From NCBI GenBank assembly GCA_951406725.2, contig OX597830.1, positions 58,962,001-59,026,000 on the forward strand: DNA of 64,000 bases, written 5' to 3'. Made by a program: the position numbers and the translations under genes. Every line of letters starts with the position of its first letter. Within the stretch, counting starts at the first letter, position 1. Under the pieces are notes generated by a model. That model was given only the letters and a program-made list of their open reading frames with translations. It did no database searches and was not told where the DNA came from. This document shows positions 1-13,332 of the stretch, in pieces. The stretch is from Octopus vulgaris (taxonomy: Eukaryota).

Positions 1-310
1 ATTCTTTTATTAGCCACAAGGGCTCACATGCAAAAATATGAAATGACATACAGCATGAAAGAAATATACATGAAGATACAATAGGTTTTCACGTGTCACA
101 ATGTAATAACAATTAAAAATTGAACAAATTAAAACTCCCAATAGGGGAGGCGCTTTAACGTCCTTGTGGAAAACCCCACAAAATCCCAGGGTGCCTGATC
201 AACAGGACATGTGTCCTTCTCCTTTGATTCTCTTTTTACAGGTGCACACTCAGAACTGGTCCTTTCACACTGGCCATTCTTCCAACATTCACCCACCTTT
301 CAACAAACTT
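1..310 (-). mobile_element. 3' end (ORF2 C-terminus and 3'UTR) of a Tx1/L1-like LINE, same family as 13333-17018
   Basis: Colinear similarity to 13333-13642 (ttttattagccaca...aaaactccca...gggaggcgctttaa...gtggaaaa...attcacccacctttcaacaaac). Confidence 0.8.
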
Positions 311-316
311 GCTACA

Positions 317-435
317 ATGAAGAGAGTAGACGTGATACCAATAGTAATTGGTACACTTGGAAGTCTCAGCACTCAACTACCAGCATGGCTGAAAAAGATC
401 GGTACCGGTGTGAAGGTAGAACACCTACAAAAAAC
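317..435 (+). mobile_element. 3' fragment of R4/Dong-like LINE (family A, RLE C-terminus)
   Basis: Encodes MKRVDVIPIVIGTLGSLSTQLPAWLKKIGTGVKVEHLQK; near-identical to 8810-8926. Confidence 0.8.
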
Positions 436-804
436 AGGCCAGTCTGTTGATTGATTTTCGTCGATGCTCAAAGTCACCCCGAGAACATCTTATGACTTTC
501 GCTGACAAGCCAAATTATCCGGCTAGTAGAAAGTTGTGAGCGTTTGACAATATTCCAGTTGCTAAGCGCCCTGTCTCGGTTTTCGTATGATACAGGACTG
601 CAAATTCGTCGAAGAGACAAGCTATGATAAAACGTGTCTGACAAACGGCGACATACCTCATTACTGTTGAGGGATCTCTGTACGATTGCGTGACCCGGGT
701 GCGTGTCTGCGTATTACTAGCTATAGCATGCCCAATCCTCCACGTAGCAGTTGTTGGCAGCAAAAGACTTGTTTGACAGTGAAACGCATCCCATCTACAA
801 AGAA

Positions 805-1138
805 AATCGACCCCAGTGCGTAACTTGCACTTATTTAATCAACCCCGAAAGGATGAAAGGCAAAGGCGACCTCGGCGGAATTAGAACTCAGAACGTAGCG
901 GCAGACGAAATACCGCTAAGCATTTCGCCCGGCGTGCTAACCATTCCGTCTTAACAATAATAATGATAATAATAATCCTTTCTACTATAGGCACAAGGCC
1001 TGGAATTTGTTGATGGTGGGATAATCAATGACATCGACCGCAGTATTTGACTGGTGCTTAATTTATCAACTCCGGCGGAATTTGAAATCAGAGCGAAGTG
1101 CTCGTCCGGCCTGGTAACGAATTTGCCAGCTCGCTACC
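805..1138 (-). mobile_element. Two adjacent copies of tRNA-derived SINE family A
   Basis: Core ccgaaaggatgaaaggcaaag(t/g)cgacctcggcggaatt(t/a)gaactcagaacgta; the reverse complement of the family consensus carries a B-box-like gagttcaaattcc; many copies in the window. Confidence 0.85.
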
Positions 1139-1139
1139 T

Positions 1140-1252
<113 letters not shown>

Positions 1253-1254
1253 AC

Positions 1255-1680
1255 TTCATTTATTTGCCACAAGGGCGAAAGATGAGGAAGACAGACATAA
1301 TGTGTGGGACTTTACATATAATGAAATGATAAGAAAGAAGGAAAGAAAGAAAGAAAGTGTACACTGAAAAAGAAGGGGCATTTGCATAGCATTAATAATA
1401 ATTTTTTCTAGGCTAGGTCTTCCTACAGTGACAACATTTTTCCCCCTATCGGAATATGGGGACGCCTTGGAGAGAATGAAGTGTGAGCTGTCTGACCAAC
1501 CGAACATGTGATAATGGCATGTGCTAATGTCGAACAGAATATTATCATATATGATAGAAGACAGGCAGACATTTGCTTCTTTTAACTTTGAAGCAGGTTT
1601 CTTTGTTTGGTTTTTGTTGACGATGAAATTTAATTTCAAAAGGGAGGAGAAAAGACATTTATTTAATTGACTCATAAATC
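1255..1680 (-). mobile_element. Possible 3' end of another L1/Tx1-like LINE
   Basis: Minus strand ends ttgtggcaaataaa next to a trinucleotide tract, resembling the gtggctaataaaa end of the Tx1-like family; no clear protein motif. Confidence 0.3.
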
Positions 1681-1849
1681 GGTCTCAAACAATAAGAACC
1701 TCTCTCCCCGCAAATACAAAATTGGTAATCAAAACAGACACGCACCCACATAGACACACATACATGCGCATACACACGTATGCACAACTATACACACACT
1801 CACCTAGACACACGCAAACACACTAACACATTCACACCTGCACACATAT

Positions 1850-1928
1850 GTATTTATACATATATATATATATATATAATATACATATATGTATATAAGT
1901 ATGTATTATGTATGTATGCGCAAATATG

Positions 1929-1960
<32 letters not shown>

Positions 1961-2228
1961 TACTCTCACACATATATATGCATATGTGTATGTATGTTTA
2001 TGTGCGTGCATATATATGTATATATATATATATATATACATATATATACATACACGATTAGGTATATATATGTATTTGAGATATAGATGTCTATACATAT
2101 TTGTGTATGTATATTTATATACATATATATATATATACATACATACATCATGCGTACATATATATATGTATACATTTATATATATATATTTGCATATCTA
2201 TCTATGTATGTATCTATCTATCTATCTA

Positions 2229-2288
<60 letters not shown>

Positions 2289-2290
2289 CT
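1850..2290. repeat. Compound (TA)n/(TATG)n/(TCTA)n/(TG)n microsatellite
   Basis: Direct reading. Confidence 0.95.
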
Positions 2291-2744
2291 TTTCCTCTTT
2301 TTTTCTTTGGGTTGCTTTTCTATTGATTTGTTGTTTTTTAACCTTATTTTGAATACAGTGAAAGATTGAAAGTTTTATGGCCTTAAATTATAGGTGACAC
2401 TTTCGACCTCTGCTTTTGGCTAGCACGAGGTTGAATGAGCAGCTGTCGTAGCCAGCATCATAAGGACAGGTGACAGATAAACAGATCGTAGGAAAACATT
2501 GGCCCCTGGTGGAAAATTTACTACACATAATTTATGCTGCTACACAGCAATATTTGTTTTCTTAGAAACTGGATGGGTATGAAATAAAATAAAGTAAAAA
2601 ATAATATAAAATATATACATGCATGCAAACATTGACGTATGTGTATTTATATGTACGCGTCTATGTATGTGTGTGTGTGCGTGTGTGTGCGTGTGTGTGT
2701 ATACATGATGGATATTCTTATTCCAACCGCTAACTCTACTTACC

Positions 2745-2912
<168 letters not shown>

Positions 2913-2929
2913 CATTCATAGATACATAT

Positions 2930-3177
2930 TCTTTTATTCTTTCACTTGTTTCAGTCATTTCACTGCGGCCATGCTGGGGCACCACCTTTAGCCGAACAAA
3001 TCGACCCCAGGACTTACTCTTTGTAAGCCTAGTGCTTATCTAATAGGGTTCTTTCGCCGAGCCGCTAGTTTAACGGAACGTAAACACACCAACAGCACTA
3101 GGCTCACAAAAAATAAGTCCTGGGGTCGATTTGTTCGACTAAAGCTGGTGCTTCAGCATGGCCGCAGTCCGATACAA

Positions 3178-3178
<1 letters not shown>
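2930..3178. mobile_element. Two SINE family B 3' halves in inverted arrangement (minus 2930-3095, plus 3098-3178)
   Basis: acttgtttcagtcatt...gcggccatgctgg and ctggggtcgatttgttcgactaaa...cagcatggccgcagtc match the tail of the full copy at 6155-6552. Confidence 0.8.
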
Positions 3179-3231
<53 letters not shown>

Positions 3232-3232
<1 letters not shown>

Positions 3233-3455
3233 TGCGACAACTATTCGGTTACCATAATAAAACTCCGAGTTTCGGATGTCGGGACGGAAAACTGCTCTGG
3301 CATCTCGTCAGTTATCGAGGCAATCAAAAAATGCTACATCCGAAACTCGGAGTCTTATTATAGCAACCGAATAATTGTCACATATTATATTACAGATAAA
3401 TTCCACTATTTGCATAATATCGCGGTCCCATTCATTCTTTTGCTGTCTTACCACT
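3232..3455 (-). mobile_element. Small microsatellite-embedded element with ~48-bp inverted repeat; probable Penelope-like or retrozyme-like remnant
   Basis: Arms 3232-3279 and 3336-3383 are reverse complements; flanked by (TA)n(GA)n and (TA)n; contains a hammerhead-like core. Confidence 0.6.
3257..3315 (-). ncRNA. Candidate minimal type I hammerhead ribozyme
   Basis: Minus strand: ataa-CTGACGA-gatg(22 nt)catc-c-GAAA-ctc g gag-TT-ttat; stem I ataa/ttat, stem II gatg/catc, near-palindromic stem III. Confidence 0.6.
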
Positions 3456-3477
3456 ATATATATATATACATATATAC

Positions 3478-3570
<93 letters not shown>

Positions 3571-3571
<1 letters not shown>

Positions 3572-3772
3572 TGTCCGAAGTCAGGACGCCATGATAGATC
3601 GTTAGCTCCTACACGCATTTTTGCTCTCCTTGATTTTTTCTGTGTATCTTTCTGTCGAAGAGCGTAGGCTCGAAACGTAAAAGACTTTTTCTATTCCTGA
3701 GCGCTATACTAATACATTCGTTTATTTGTACTCCACCTGCCTTCGTCTTTTGTTTATTTTCGTAAACTTTCC

Positions 3773-3777
<5 letters not shown>
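3571..3777 (+). mobile_element. ~205-bp element inserted in (TA)n, Penelope pLTR-like
   Basis: Unique sequence bounded on both sides by pure (TA)n; contains a hammerhead-like motif. Confidence 0.55.
3647..3684 (+). ncRNA. Candidate minimal type I hammerhead ribozyme (core CUGuCGA variant)
   Basis: tcttt-CTGTCGA-a-gagc gtag gctc-GAAA-cg-TA-aaaga: stems I and II pair perfectly, palindromic ACGT stem III; core A6 replaced by T. Confidence 0.6.
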
Positions 3778-3824
<47 letters not shown>

Positions 3825-3825
3825 G

Positions 3826-3975
3826 TACGACGGGCTTCTTTCAATTTCCGTCTACCAAATCCACTCACAAGGCTTTGGTCGGCCCGAGGGTATAATTGAA
3901 GACACTTGCCCAAGGTGTCACGCAGGGGAACTGAACCCAGAACCATGTGGTTGGTAAGCAATTTACTTACTACAT
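3826..3975 (-). mobile_element. SINE family B, 5' half
   Basis: Reverse complement of 6170-6320 (tRNA-like head, ccttgggcaagtgtc). Confidence 0.85.
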
Positions 3976-3981
3976 ATTCAC

Positions 3982-4043
<62 letters not shown>

Positions 4044-4533
4044 GTATATATAGTATGTATATATATATATGTATATATATGTGTGTGTATATATATAATC
4101 ATACGCACAAACACACGCACACGTACACACATACACACATACTCACACACACACACACACACACTCATATTAACTGAAGAGGTTCAAATGTGGTGTGATA
4201 GTATATCCCTTGTGTGAAGATACATAAGAAAACGGAGGAGGTTTATTGCAGATAATAGAGTTGCCGCTGAGTGTGGGTCGGGGTGGGGCTTTGTGTCTGG
4301 CACGAATGGATTGGCTTGCTTGTCATCACAGTGACTTAGCTTGCCTTAGACATGATTGAAACATTGCATGCATATCAAGGCCACGTTTGAGACGAAGTGT
4401 CCAACCAGACGTTTGTCAAAACTCCGTAAGATAAACGAACTGGCTTATTAGATCCAAGAAAAATTGCAGACGAGCTGGGAATAAGTTACAAAGAAACCAT
4501 ACATACATATACATAACAATATATGTATGTATG

Positions 4534-4585
<52 letters not shown>

Positions 4586-5237
4586 CATATATAGATATAT
4601 TTATGTATGTACGTATGTGTGCATTAAAAAAATCGTATAAAACAAGCCACAATGAAATAAAAATAAATTCTATGATGCTCAAATAACCTGAAATAAAAGG
4701 AGCAGAACAACACCAGACAGGATTACGTAACACACTAAGCGGATGCTTTTTGGCAGCCAAAAGACGGATAAGTTTCAATGAAGGAGAGAGAGAGGGAGAG
4801 TGGAGAGAGGAGAGTGGAGAGAGAGGGAGAGTGGAGAGAATGGCAGTGATATAATATGACTTCCATATTTGTTTTGGTGGTTTTTATATTCTCTGTTGAA
4901 AAGTTTGTGCCCTTCCTCTTTTTGTGTTGTCTTTCGCTTTGCTCTTTTTTTAATTTTTTTTTTTTAGGTTTTGCTTCCTGCAGTAACATCTTCCTTGACA
5001 AGGGGAAATTCAAGCATCGCTGCTAATCTATCAGAATCAATAGCTTTTCTTCTCTCTTTCTCTCTTTGCCCCACCCCCACCTCATTCTGCTTTGATCACA
5101 ATACCGGAAACGGAGTCTGCTAAGGGAAACACAACGAAAGATTGTTCAACCTGTGCAACAAAACATTAATATTTATTTCTAGTGTGAATGCATGTATAAT
5201 ATGTCTGTTGTACGTGTATGCGATTGTATGTATGATA

Positions 5238-5249
5238 GTGTGTGTGTGT

Positions 5250-5312
<63 letters not shown>
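5238..5312. repeat. (GT)n microsatellite
   Basis: Direct reading. Confidence 0.97.
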
Positions 5313-5314
<2 letters not shown>

Positions 5315-5452
5315 TATTCTTTCTGTTCTCTTCCCTCGCGTATTTCTTTAATTTCTCACTAAGCGATTGTCACACAAAAATAGCCAAAATTTTGTTTTGC
5401 ACGTCAACTTTCTCGGGAATTTTGTTTTATTTTTGTTTTCCATTGTTTTGTT

Positions 5453-5483
<31 letters not shown>

Positions 5484-5607
5484 TTTGTGCTTCTTTTCAT
5501 TATTTATTCGATTTTTATTTATCTGTTTATTCGTTTATTTTGTTTACTTTCTGCAGACCTTGAAAAACAATTTCCTCCATTGCATTTTTCATTCTAGACA
5601 CTCAACA

Positions 5608-5647
<40 letters not shown>

Positions 5648-6154
5648 ATGCATGCACACACACTGTTATTTGTGTGCATTATGTATCTTTATTAAAGCAG
5701 ATCTATCATCGCCTTCGTTTCCCCTGACTCGTCTTGTCGCTTTTATAATAATATTAATAAAGGTCTCTTTTATTGGCCTCAAGGGCCTCCGTCGTTGGAA
5801 GAAACGTAACAAAGAACAAATACAAAAAGGGAACAACAAACAAAAAACGATGGGGTGTTTAGATCGAGTTAAATGGGTGAACTCAACAATAAAGACGGAA
5901 ATAAATGGCAATAACAGCGTAGGAGAACGAATTAACAAGATTCCGCAGAATAGCAGCGGGTAAATCGGGGCCCTCCACTCACAGACCTCAAATTAACCCG
6001 AAATGCCCAAGTCAAGTGCCTTTCCTTAGATCTCGTCGCCAGTCGCTTAGTTAGGAAAGGTCTATTTAACCATTCCCACACACTGAAAGGCATCACCTCA
6101 GCCTACATCCCCGCCGAATTCTTCTCGTAATAATGGTTTCAAATTTTGGCACAA

Positions 6155-6552
6155 GGCGCAGGAGTGGCTGTGTGGTAAGTAGCTTGCTTACCAACCACAT
6201 GGTTTCGGGTTCAGTCCCACTGCGTGGCACCTTGGGCAAGTGTCTCCTACTATAGCCTTGGGCCGACCAAAGCCTTGTGAGTGGATTTGGTAGACGGAAA
6301 CTGAAAGAAACCCGTCGTATATATGTGTATATATATGTGTGTGTGTGTGTTTGTGTATCTGTGTTTGTCCCCCCAACATCGCTTGACAACCGATGCTGGT
6401 GTGTTTACATCCCCGTAACTTAGTGGTTCGGTAAAAGAGACGGATAGAATAAGTACTAGGCTTACAAAGAATAAGTCCTGGGGTCGATTTGCTCGACTAA
6501 AGGCGGTGCTCCAGCATGGCCACAGTCAAATGACTGAAACAAGTAAAAGAGA
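6155..6552 (+). mobile_element. Full-length tRNA-derived SINE family B, nested in a family A copy (6133-6795, minus)
   Basis: ggcgcaggagtggctgtgtggtaag (A-box-like), gggttcagtccc (B-box-like), internal (TA)/(TG) tract, tail gactgaaacaagtaaaaga; the family A tail ggtttcaaattttggcacaagg resumes as aaggccagcaatttt after it. Confidence 0.88.
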
Positions 6553-6812
6553 AAGAGAGAAAGGCCAGCAATTTTAGTCGATAGCATTCACCCCATTGCT
6601 CAACTAGGACCTATTTTATCGACCCCGAAAGAGTAAAAGACGAAGTCTACTTCGGCGGAGTTTGAACCCACCACGTAAAGCACCTTGTCGCTAAGCACTT
6701 TGGCCGGCTTTTCTTTTACTTGTTTCAGTCATGTGACTGCGGCCACGCTGGAGTACCGCTTTATTCGCTAGCAATTCTACCAGCTCGTCACCTTAAGGGA
6801 TAACAATAATAA

Positions 6813-7025
6813 TTCTTCTCCTATAGGCACATGGCCTGAAATTTGGAATAAAGGTGCCATCTGATTATATCAACCCCAGTGTTAAACTGGTACTTATTTT
6901 TATCGGTCTCGAAAGGATGCAGGGCAAAGTCGACCTGGCAGAATTTAAACCCAGAACATAAAGACAGACGAATTCACAGAAGAATATTGTCTGACTCACT
7001 AACAATTCTGACAGCTCGCCGTCTT
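6813..7025 (-). mobile_element. SINE family A
   Basis: Same core and tail as 20063-20228. Confidence 0.8.
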
Positions 7026-7028
7026 CAC

Positions 7029-7094
<66 letters not shown>

Positions 7095-7134
7095 TATAAT
7101 TATAATAATGATGATGATGATGATGATAATAATA

Positions 7135-7576
7135 AATGTACACTGTTTTGTGTTGGTATAAAAGATGGGCTACAGTAAATATTTTGCTCACTACCACAGA
7201 TTTGCTTGTCATTTGTTTGACCTTAACCAGTTGAGAATGTCCTTTTGTGGCTGACGATATGTGCATCTCTGTCCATGAGCAGAAGTAGTGGAGGATCATC
7301 ATAGCCATGTGTTGAGAGGGATTCTTTGGGGTTTGAATGATTCACCTCTGGAAACGTGGGTATTTTGTTAAAATCTTTAAACACCCCTTATTCAGAGATC
7401 TTTTGAGTGGGATGGGCTATTCGACCTGAAGAAAATTCCACCTGCAAGGTCATGTGCTGTTAATCTTGATATGAGATCATCATGTCACGCACATATGGTT
7501 GTGATGCATGTGCCCTTATCTGAGGGGTAGTCATGATGGATATTTTAAAATAGTGTCACTTTGACAGCAAGCACTA
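7135..7576. mobile_element. Unclassified non-coding interspersed element X, copy 1 (left end truncated), next to (AAT)n 7029-7133
   Basis: High similarity to 11243-11710, 12652-13077 and 19517-19813. Confidence 0.8.
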
Positions 7577-9063
7577 ACAATCAACCACCTCCTCTTCATG
7601 GATGATTTGAAGCTGTGTGGAAAAGATGAGACACAAAGGAGTTCCTTGGTGAACACGGTCCACTGTTTTAGTACTGATATTAGAATGGAATTTGGACTCA
7701 AGAAATGCGGAATAATCTACCTAAAAAGGGGCAAGATACAGTCGCTAGCAGGGATAGAATTCCTGAATAGGGACTTCATTAAGCAAATTGAAACGTAAAG
7801 ATACAAATACCTTGGCGTATTAGAGGCCAACGAGAAGAATGGAAACGGAAATGAAAAAGCAACTGAGGATGGGATATTTCCGAAGACCGAGGTCGGTGCT
7901 GCGCTCAAAATTGACTGGATGGAATAAAATCCAAACAGTTAATACATGGGCGATAGCATCACTTCAGTATGGAGCAGAAATTATAAAATAGCAAGGGTAA
8001 GAAAGGAAAAGAATGGATACCAAAACCAAAGAAATGTTAATAGTACACGGCATTTTCCACCCTGAGAGTGACACCGATAGGCTGTACTTGTCCAGAAGAA
8101 AGGGTGTGAGAAGTTTGATCTATTGCCAGTAATGTAAGGAAGCAAAGAAAAATAACCTTGGGTGGTATATAAAAAATGCCGTGGAGCCACTGCTGAAATA
8201 CACGAAGAAGGCCGACGTAATCGAAAATGACGACTGTGTAACTAAAGAAAAATTTTTACAAGAACTGAACAAAAAAAACATGGAAGAAAAAAGAAAATGT
8301 ACGGTCAGTTTGCAAGAGAGGTGAACGTCAAGACAGATACAGAAGATAGGTGGCTATGGATGAGGTGGAGTGACCTGAAGATAGAGACAGGAATACTCAT
8401 ATGCGCAGCTCAAGAACAAGCGTTAAGGACCAATTATATGAAGTGCAGAATAGACAGCACTACCGATAGCGACAAATGCAGAATGTGTGGAGAGAGAGGT
8501 GAAATGGTATGGCACATTGTTAACGAATGCCAGAAATTGGCACAACACAAATACAAAAGATACCAAGACAATGTGATAGAAGGAGTAACCGAAAATGAGA
8601 ATTACAAAATCCTGTGGGATGCAATGATCCAGTGCGATCACCCGACCAAACATCGGAAACCGAACATTGTTGTGGTGAATAAAAAAGAAAGAACATTTAT
8701 GATTATCGACATAGCATGTCCCGGTGACAACAGGGTCGATGTGAAAGAAGAAGAAGAACAAATAAACAACCATGACTATTTAAAGTAGGACATACGAAGG
8801 TTGTGGTCAATGAAGAGAGTAGACTTTATGCTAATAGTATGTTGTGCAGTTGGAAGTATCAGCACTCAACTACCAACATGGCTGAAAAAGATCGGTGCAA
8901 GTGTGAAGGTAGAACACCTACAAAAATCAGCATTGCTTGGAACTGCAAGAATTCTTTGCAGGGTTCTTGAACCATGACCAGTAAACAAGTGTCACCTTAG
9001 TCTGCTGGCTGTGGACAGCTGACACTTTCCATCATACCCAGCAAAATAAGCTGGTAGATTTTC
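7577..9063 (+). mobile_element. R4/Dong-like non-LTR retrotransposon family A, 5'-truncated and degenerate (RT C-terminus, CCHC finger, RLE)
   Basis: INHLLFMDDLKL (RT catalytic motif), YKYLG, CRMCGERGEMVWHIVNEC, RKPNIVVV..IIDIACP (PD-D/ExK), LQKSALLGTARIL; (TAA)n tail follows. Confidence 0.9.
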
Positions 9064-9141
<78 letters not shown>

Positions 9142-9158
9142 GTAATGATAATAATAAT
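9064..9158. repeat. (TAA)n tract between two Dong-like LINEs
   Basis: Direct reading. Confidence 0.97.
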
Positions 9159-11240
9159 GATTAATCACATGATCCTTAAGAACTGCCATAACAAGCGCAG
9201 AAATATCAGCTCTTCATGGATTGATTATAAAAAAGCCTTTGACAGCATACCACATTCGTGGATTCTGAAATCGCTGGACATTTTCAAAATTTCTCCTGTG
9301 ATCTCAGATTTTTTAAACTATAATATGTCTATGGAACACGAAGTTCCAATTATATCATTCTAATGGAATATTGCGCTCAAACAATATTAGCATAAACTGT
9401 GGCATTTTCCAAGGTGACTTACTTTCACCACTAATTTTCTGCATAGTACTAATACCACTCTCAAGTGAACTGAATAGAATAGTGTATGGCTACAAAATTG
9501 CCAACAGGAAAATAAGCCATCTATTTTATATTGATGATTGAAAACTATATGGTAAAGATGATGAAGAACTTGAAGGACTGCTACATACTGTGAAAGGATT
9601 CAGTGATGATATCGGGATGGAGTCTGGCTTTCAAAAGTGTGCCAAAGCCACTTTTTTAAGAAAGGGAAATTGGTAAAGTCAAGTTCAATCGAATTAGATG
9701 TCGAAACAGCAATAAAGGAACTTGAGCAGGAAGAAACCTATAAATACCTAGGAATAAATGAAGGCTCTGGTATCCAGCATGCAAGCATGAAAGAGAAGGT
9801 TAAGAAGGAATGTTATAGAAGAGTTCGAGCAGACCTGAAATCTGAGCTGAATGCATATAATAAGGTGTTAGCCATACATTCTTTAGCAGTCCCAGTTGTT
9901 CTTTATAGCTTCAATGTGCTTAACTGGAATACCAGTGATATAATGAAAATTGACAGAAAAATCTGCAAGCTACTGACTTGTAATAAGATGCACCGTCCAA
10001 AGGCAGACATGGATCGTCTTTATCTTTCCAGAGCTCAGAGAGGTCGAGGTTTGATCCAGCTTGAACTTACGTACAAAACCACCCCAATCGGACTGGCCAA
10101 ATACCTTGAAGCAACCAACGATTGGATGCTAAAACTTGTTGAAAGACATGATAGACTGAAAAACCTTCACTCTATTCTGAAAGAGACCTCTTAGATGCCT
10201 ACCAGATTGATCAGGTTGAAGGAAATGCACCAACTGCTGCTGCAAAGAAAATAAAATTAATTGCAAAGACAAAAGCACGTGAAAAATTAGCAAGCAGATA
10301 GGAACAGAAACCTCTGCATGGAAAGTATGTGGCCCGTAGCAAACAAGCTGATGTCGACCAGAAACACACGCACCGATGTTTACAAAGCTCAGGGCTAAAA
10401 GTAGAGAGTGAAGGTTTCATATTAGCTGCTCAAGACCAAAGCTTATTAAGCCGGAACTACCAAGTCAATGTGATAAAAAATGACGCTGACCCAAAATGTC
10501 GATTCTGTAACGATGAGATTGAAACTATAGACCACCTAATCTCAGGGTGTAGAGTCTTAGCACCTGTAGAATATAAAGCAAGACATGACAGAGTCGGCCA
10601 GTATTTTCACTGGACAATATGTCGGCATTATAAAATCAAAACCGCTGATAAATGGTATAAACACCATCTTGAAGCTGTGACTGAGGGAGAAAATGTGTCG
10701 ATTCTATGGGACTTCCCCGTACATACCGACAAAACTATAAAAGCTAATAAATCGGATATTATTATAAAAGATCAGACAAAAAAGGTGTGTTTATTAATTG
10801 ACATGAGTATTCCTTGCGATCACAATATAGCGGCGAAAGAATTTGACAAGATTAGAAAATATAAAGACATGCTAATAGAAATTGAAAAAATGTGGCATCT
10901 CAAGGCGACTACAGTACCAGTGATTGTAGGATCTCTAGGAATGATAAAAAAAGGTACTGAAACCTATTTGAAAATGATACCAGGCTTACCATCCCTAAAG
11001 GAAGTGCAAAAGATTGTGTTAACTGGAACGGCTCATGTACTGGGAAGAGTATTATCGCTGTGAAAACAACATCCATCCATGAATTTATTTATTTATTAAT
11101 TTTTTAAATACATATTTTACCTGTGAATTTGCGTGTGTAATCTGGGAATGCATACAATGAACTTCTCTGCTCTAGGTGTATGGATAACACTCGGCGAGAA
11201 ACGGAAGAAAATTTGAAGATAGAAGGAAAAAAAATAATAA
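9159..11240 (+). mobile_element. R4/Dong-like LINE family B, 5'-truncated, with frameshifts and stops
   Basis: WIDYKKAFDSIPHSWI, GIFQGD, HLFYIDD, YKYLG, GGRGL-like RGRGL, CRFCNDEIETIDHLISGC, KSDIII..LIDMSIP, VQKIVLTGTAHVL; stop at 11063 then 3'UTR. Confidence 0.92.
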
Positions 11241-11242
11241 AT

Positions 11243-11710
11243 GCTATGATGCAGTACCAGGCAGTGGCTCACATGGCTTTTGATCATAACTAACCGGAAG
11301 TGTTATTATGTACATTGTTTTGCCTTGGTATAAAAGATGCGCTATAGGAAATATTCTGTTTAATACCACAGATCTGCTTGTCAGTTGTTTGCCCTTAGCC
11401 AGCTGAGCATGTCTCTTAGTGGATAGTGATATGTGCATCTCTGATCACGAGCAGAAGTAGTGGGGGAGCATCGTAGCCGTGTGTCGAGAGGAATTCTCTG
11501 GGGTTGGAATAATTCACCTTTCGAAACATGGGTGTTTTGATTAACATCCTTAAACGACCCTTATTCAGGGGCCTTTTGAGCTGGATGGGCTACTCGACAT
11601 GAAGAAAATTCCAACTGAGCCCCACCTGCAATGTCATGCGCTGTTTATCTTGATATGAGATCACCATGTCGCGCACATATGGTTGTGATGCATGTGCCTG
11701 GTGTACCCTT
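11243..11710. mobile_element. Element X, copy 2
   Basis: Begins gctatgatgcagtaccaggcagtggctc immediately after the LINE tail; aligns with the other three copies. Confidence 0.82.
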
Positions 11711-11858
11711 AGTAGAACTGTTTGCCTCCTTAGCACAACCGGAATAAGTATTAGATAGCCGAAAAGAACGAATAGCATGGTACTGTAGGCCGCAGGTAGC
11801 AAGCCCGCTACGCATGCAAGACTCCGGGAACTCCAACAAAGACTGTGATAAAGAGAAA

Positions 11859-11908
11859 ACAACAACAACAACAACAACAATGATGATAATAATAATAATA
11901 AAACTAAA

Positions 11909-11994
<86 letters not shown>

Positions 11995-12008
11995 TGATGA
12001 TGATGATG

Positions 12009-12063
<55 letters not shown>

Positions 12064-12068
12064 TGATG

Positions 12069-12150
<82 letters not shown>

Positions 12151-12178
12151 GAAATAATAATAATAATAATAATAATAA
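11859..12178. repeat. (AAC)n/(AAT)n/(GAT)n microsatellite
   Basis: Direct reading. Confidence 0.97.

Positions 12179-13332
<1,154 letters not shown>

Noticed and set aside
6155-6230. tRNA genes in SINE heads (also other family A, B and C heads)
   Set aside because: A/B-box-like motifs only; they continue into SINE bodies and no convincing cloverleaf is seen
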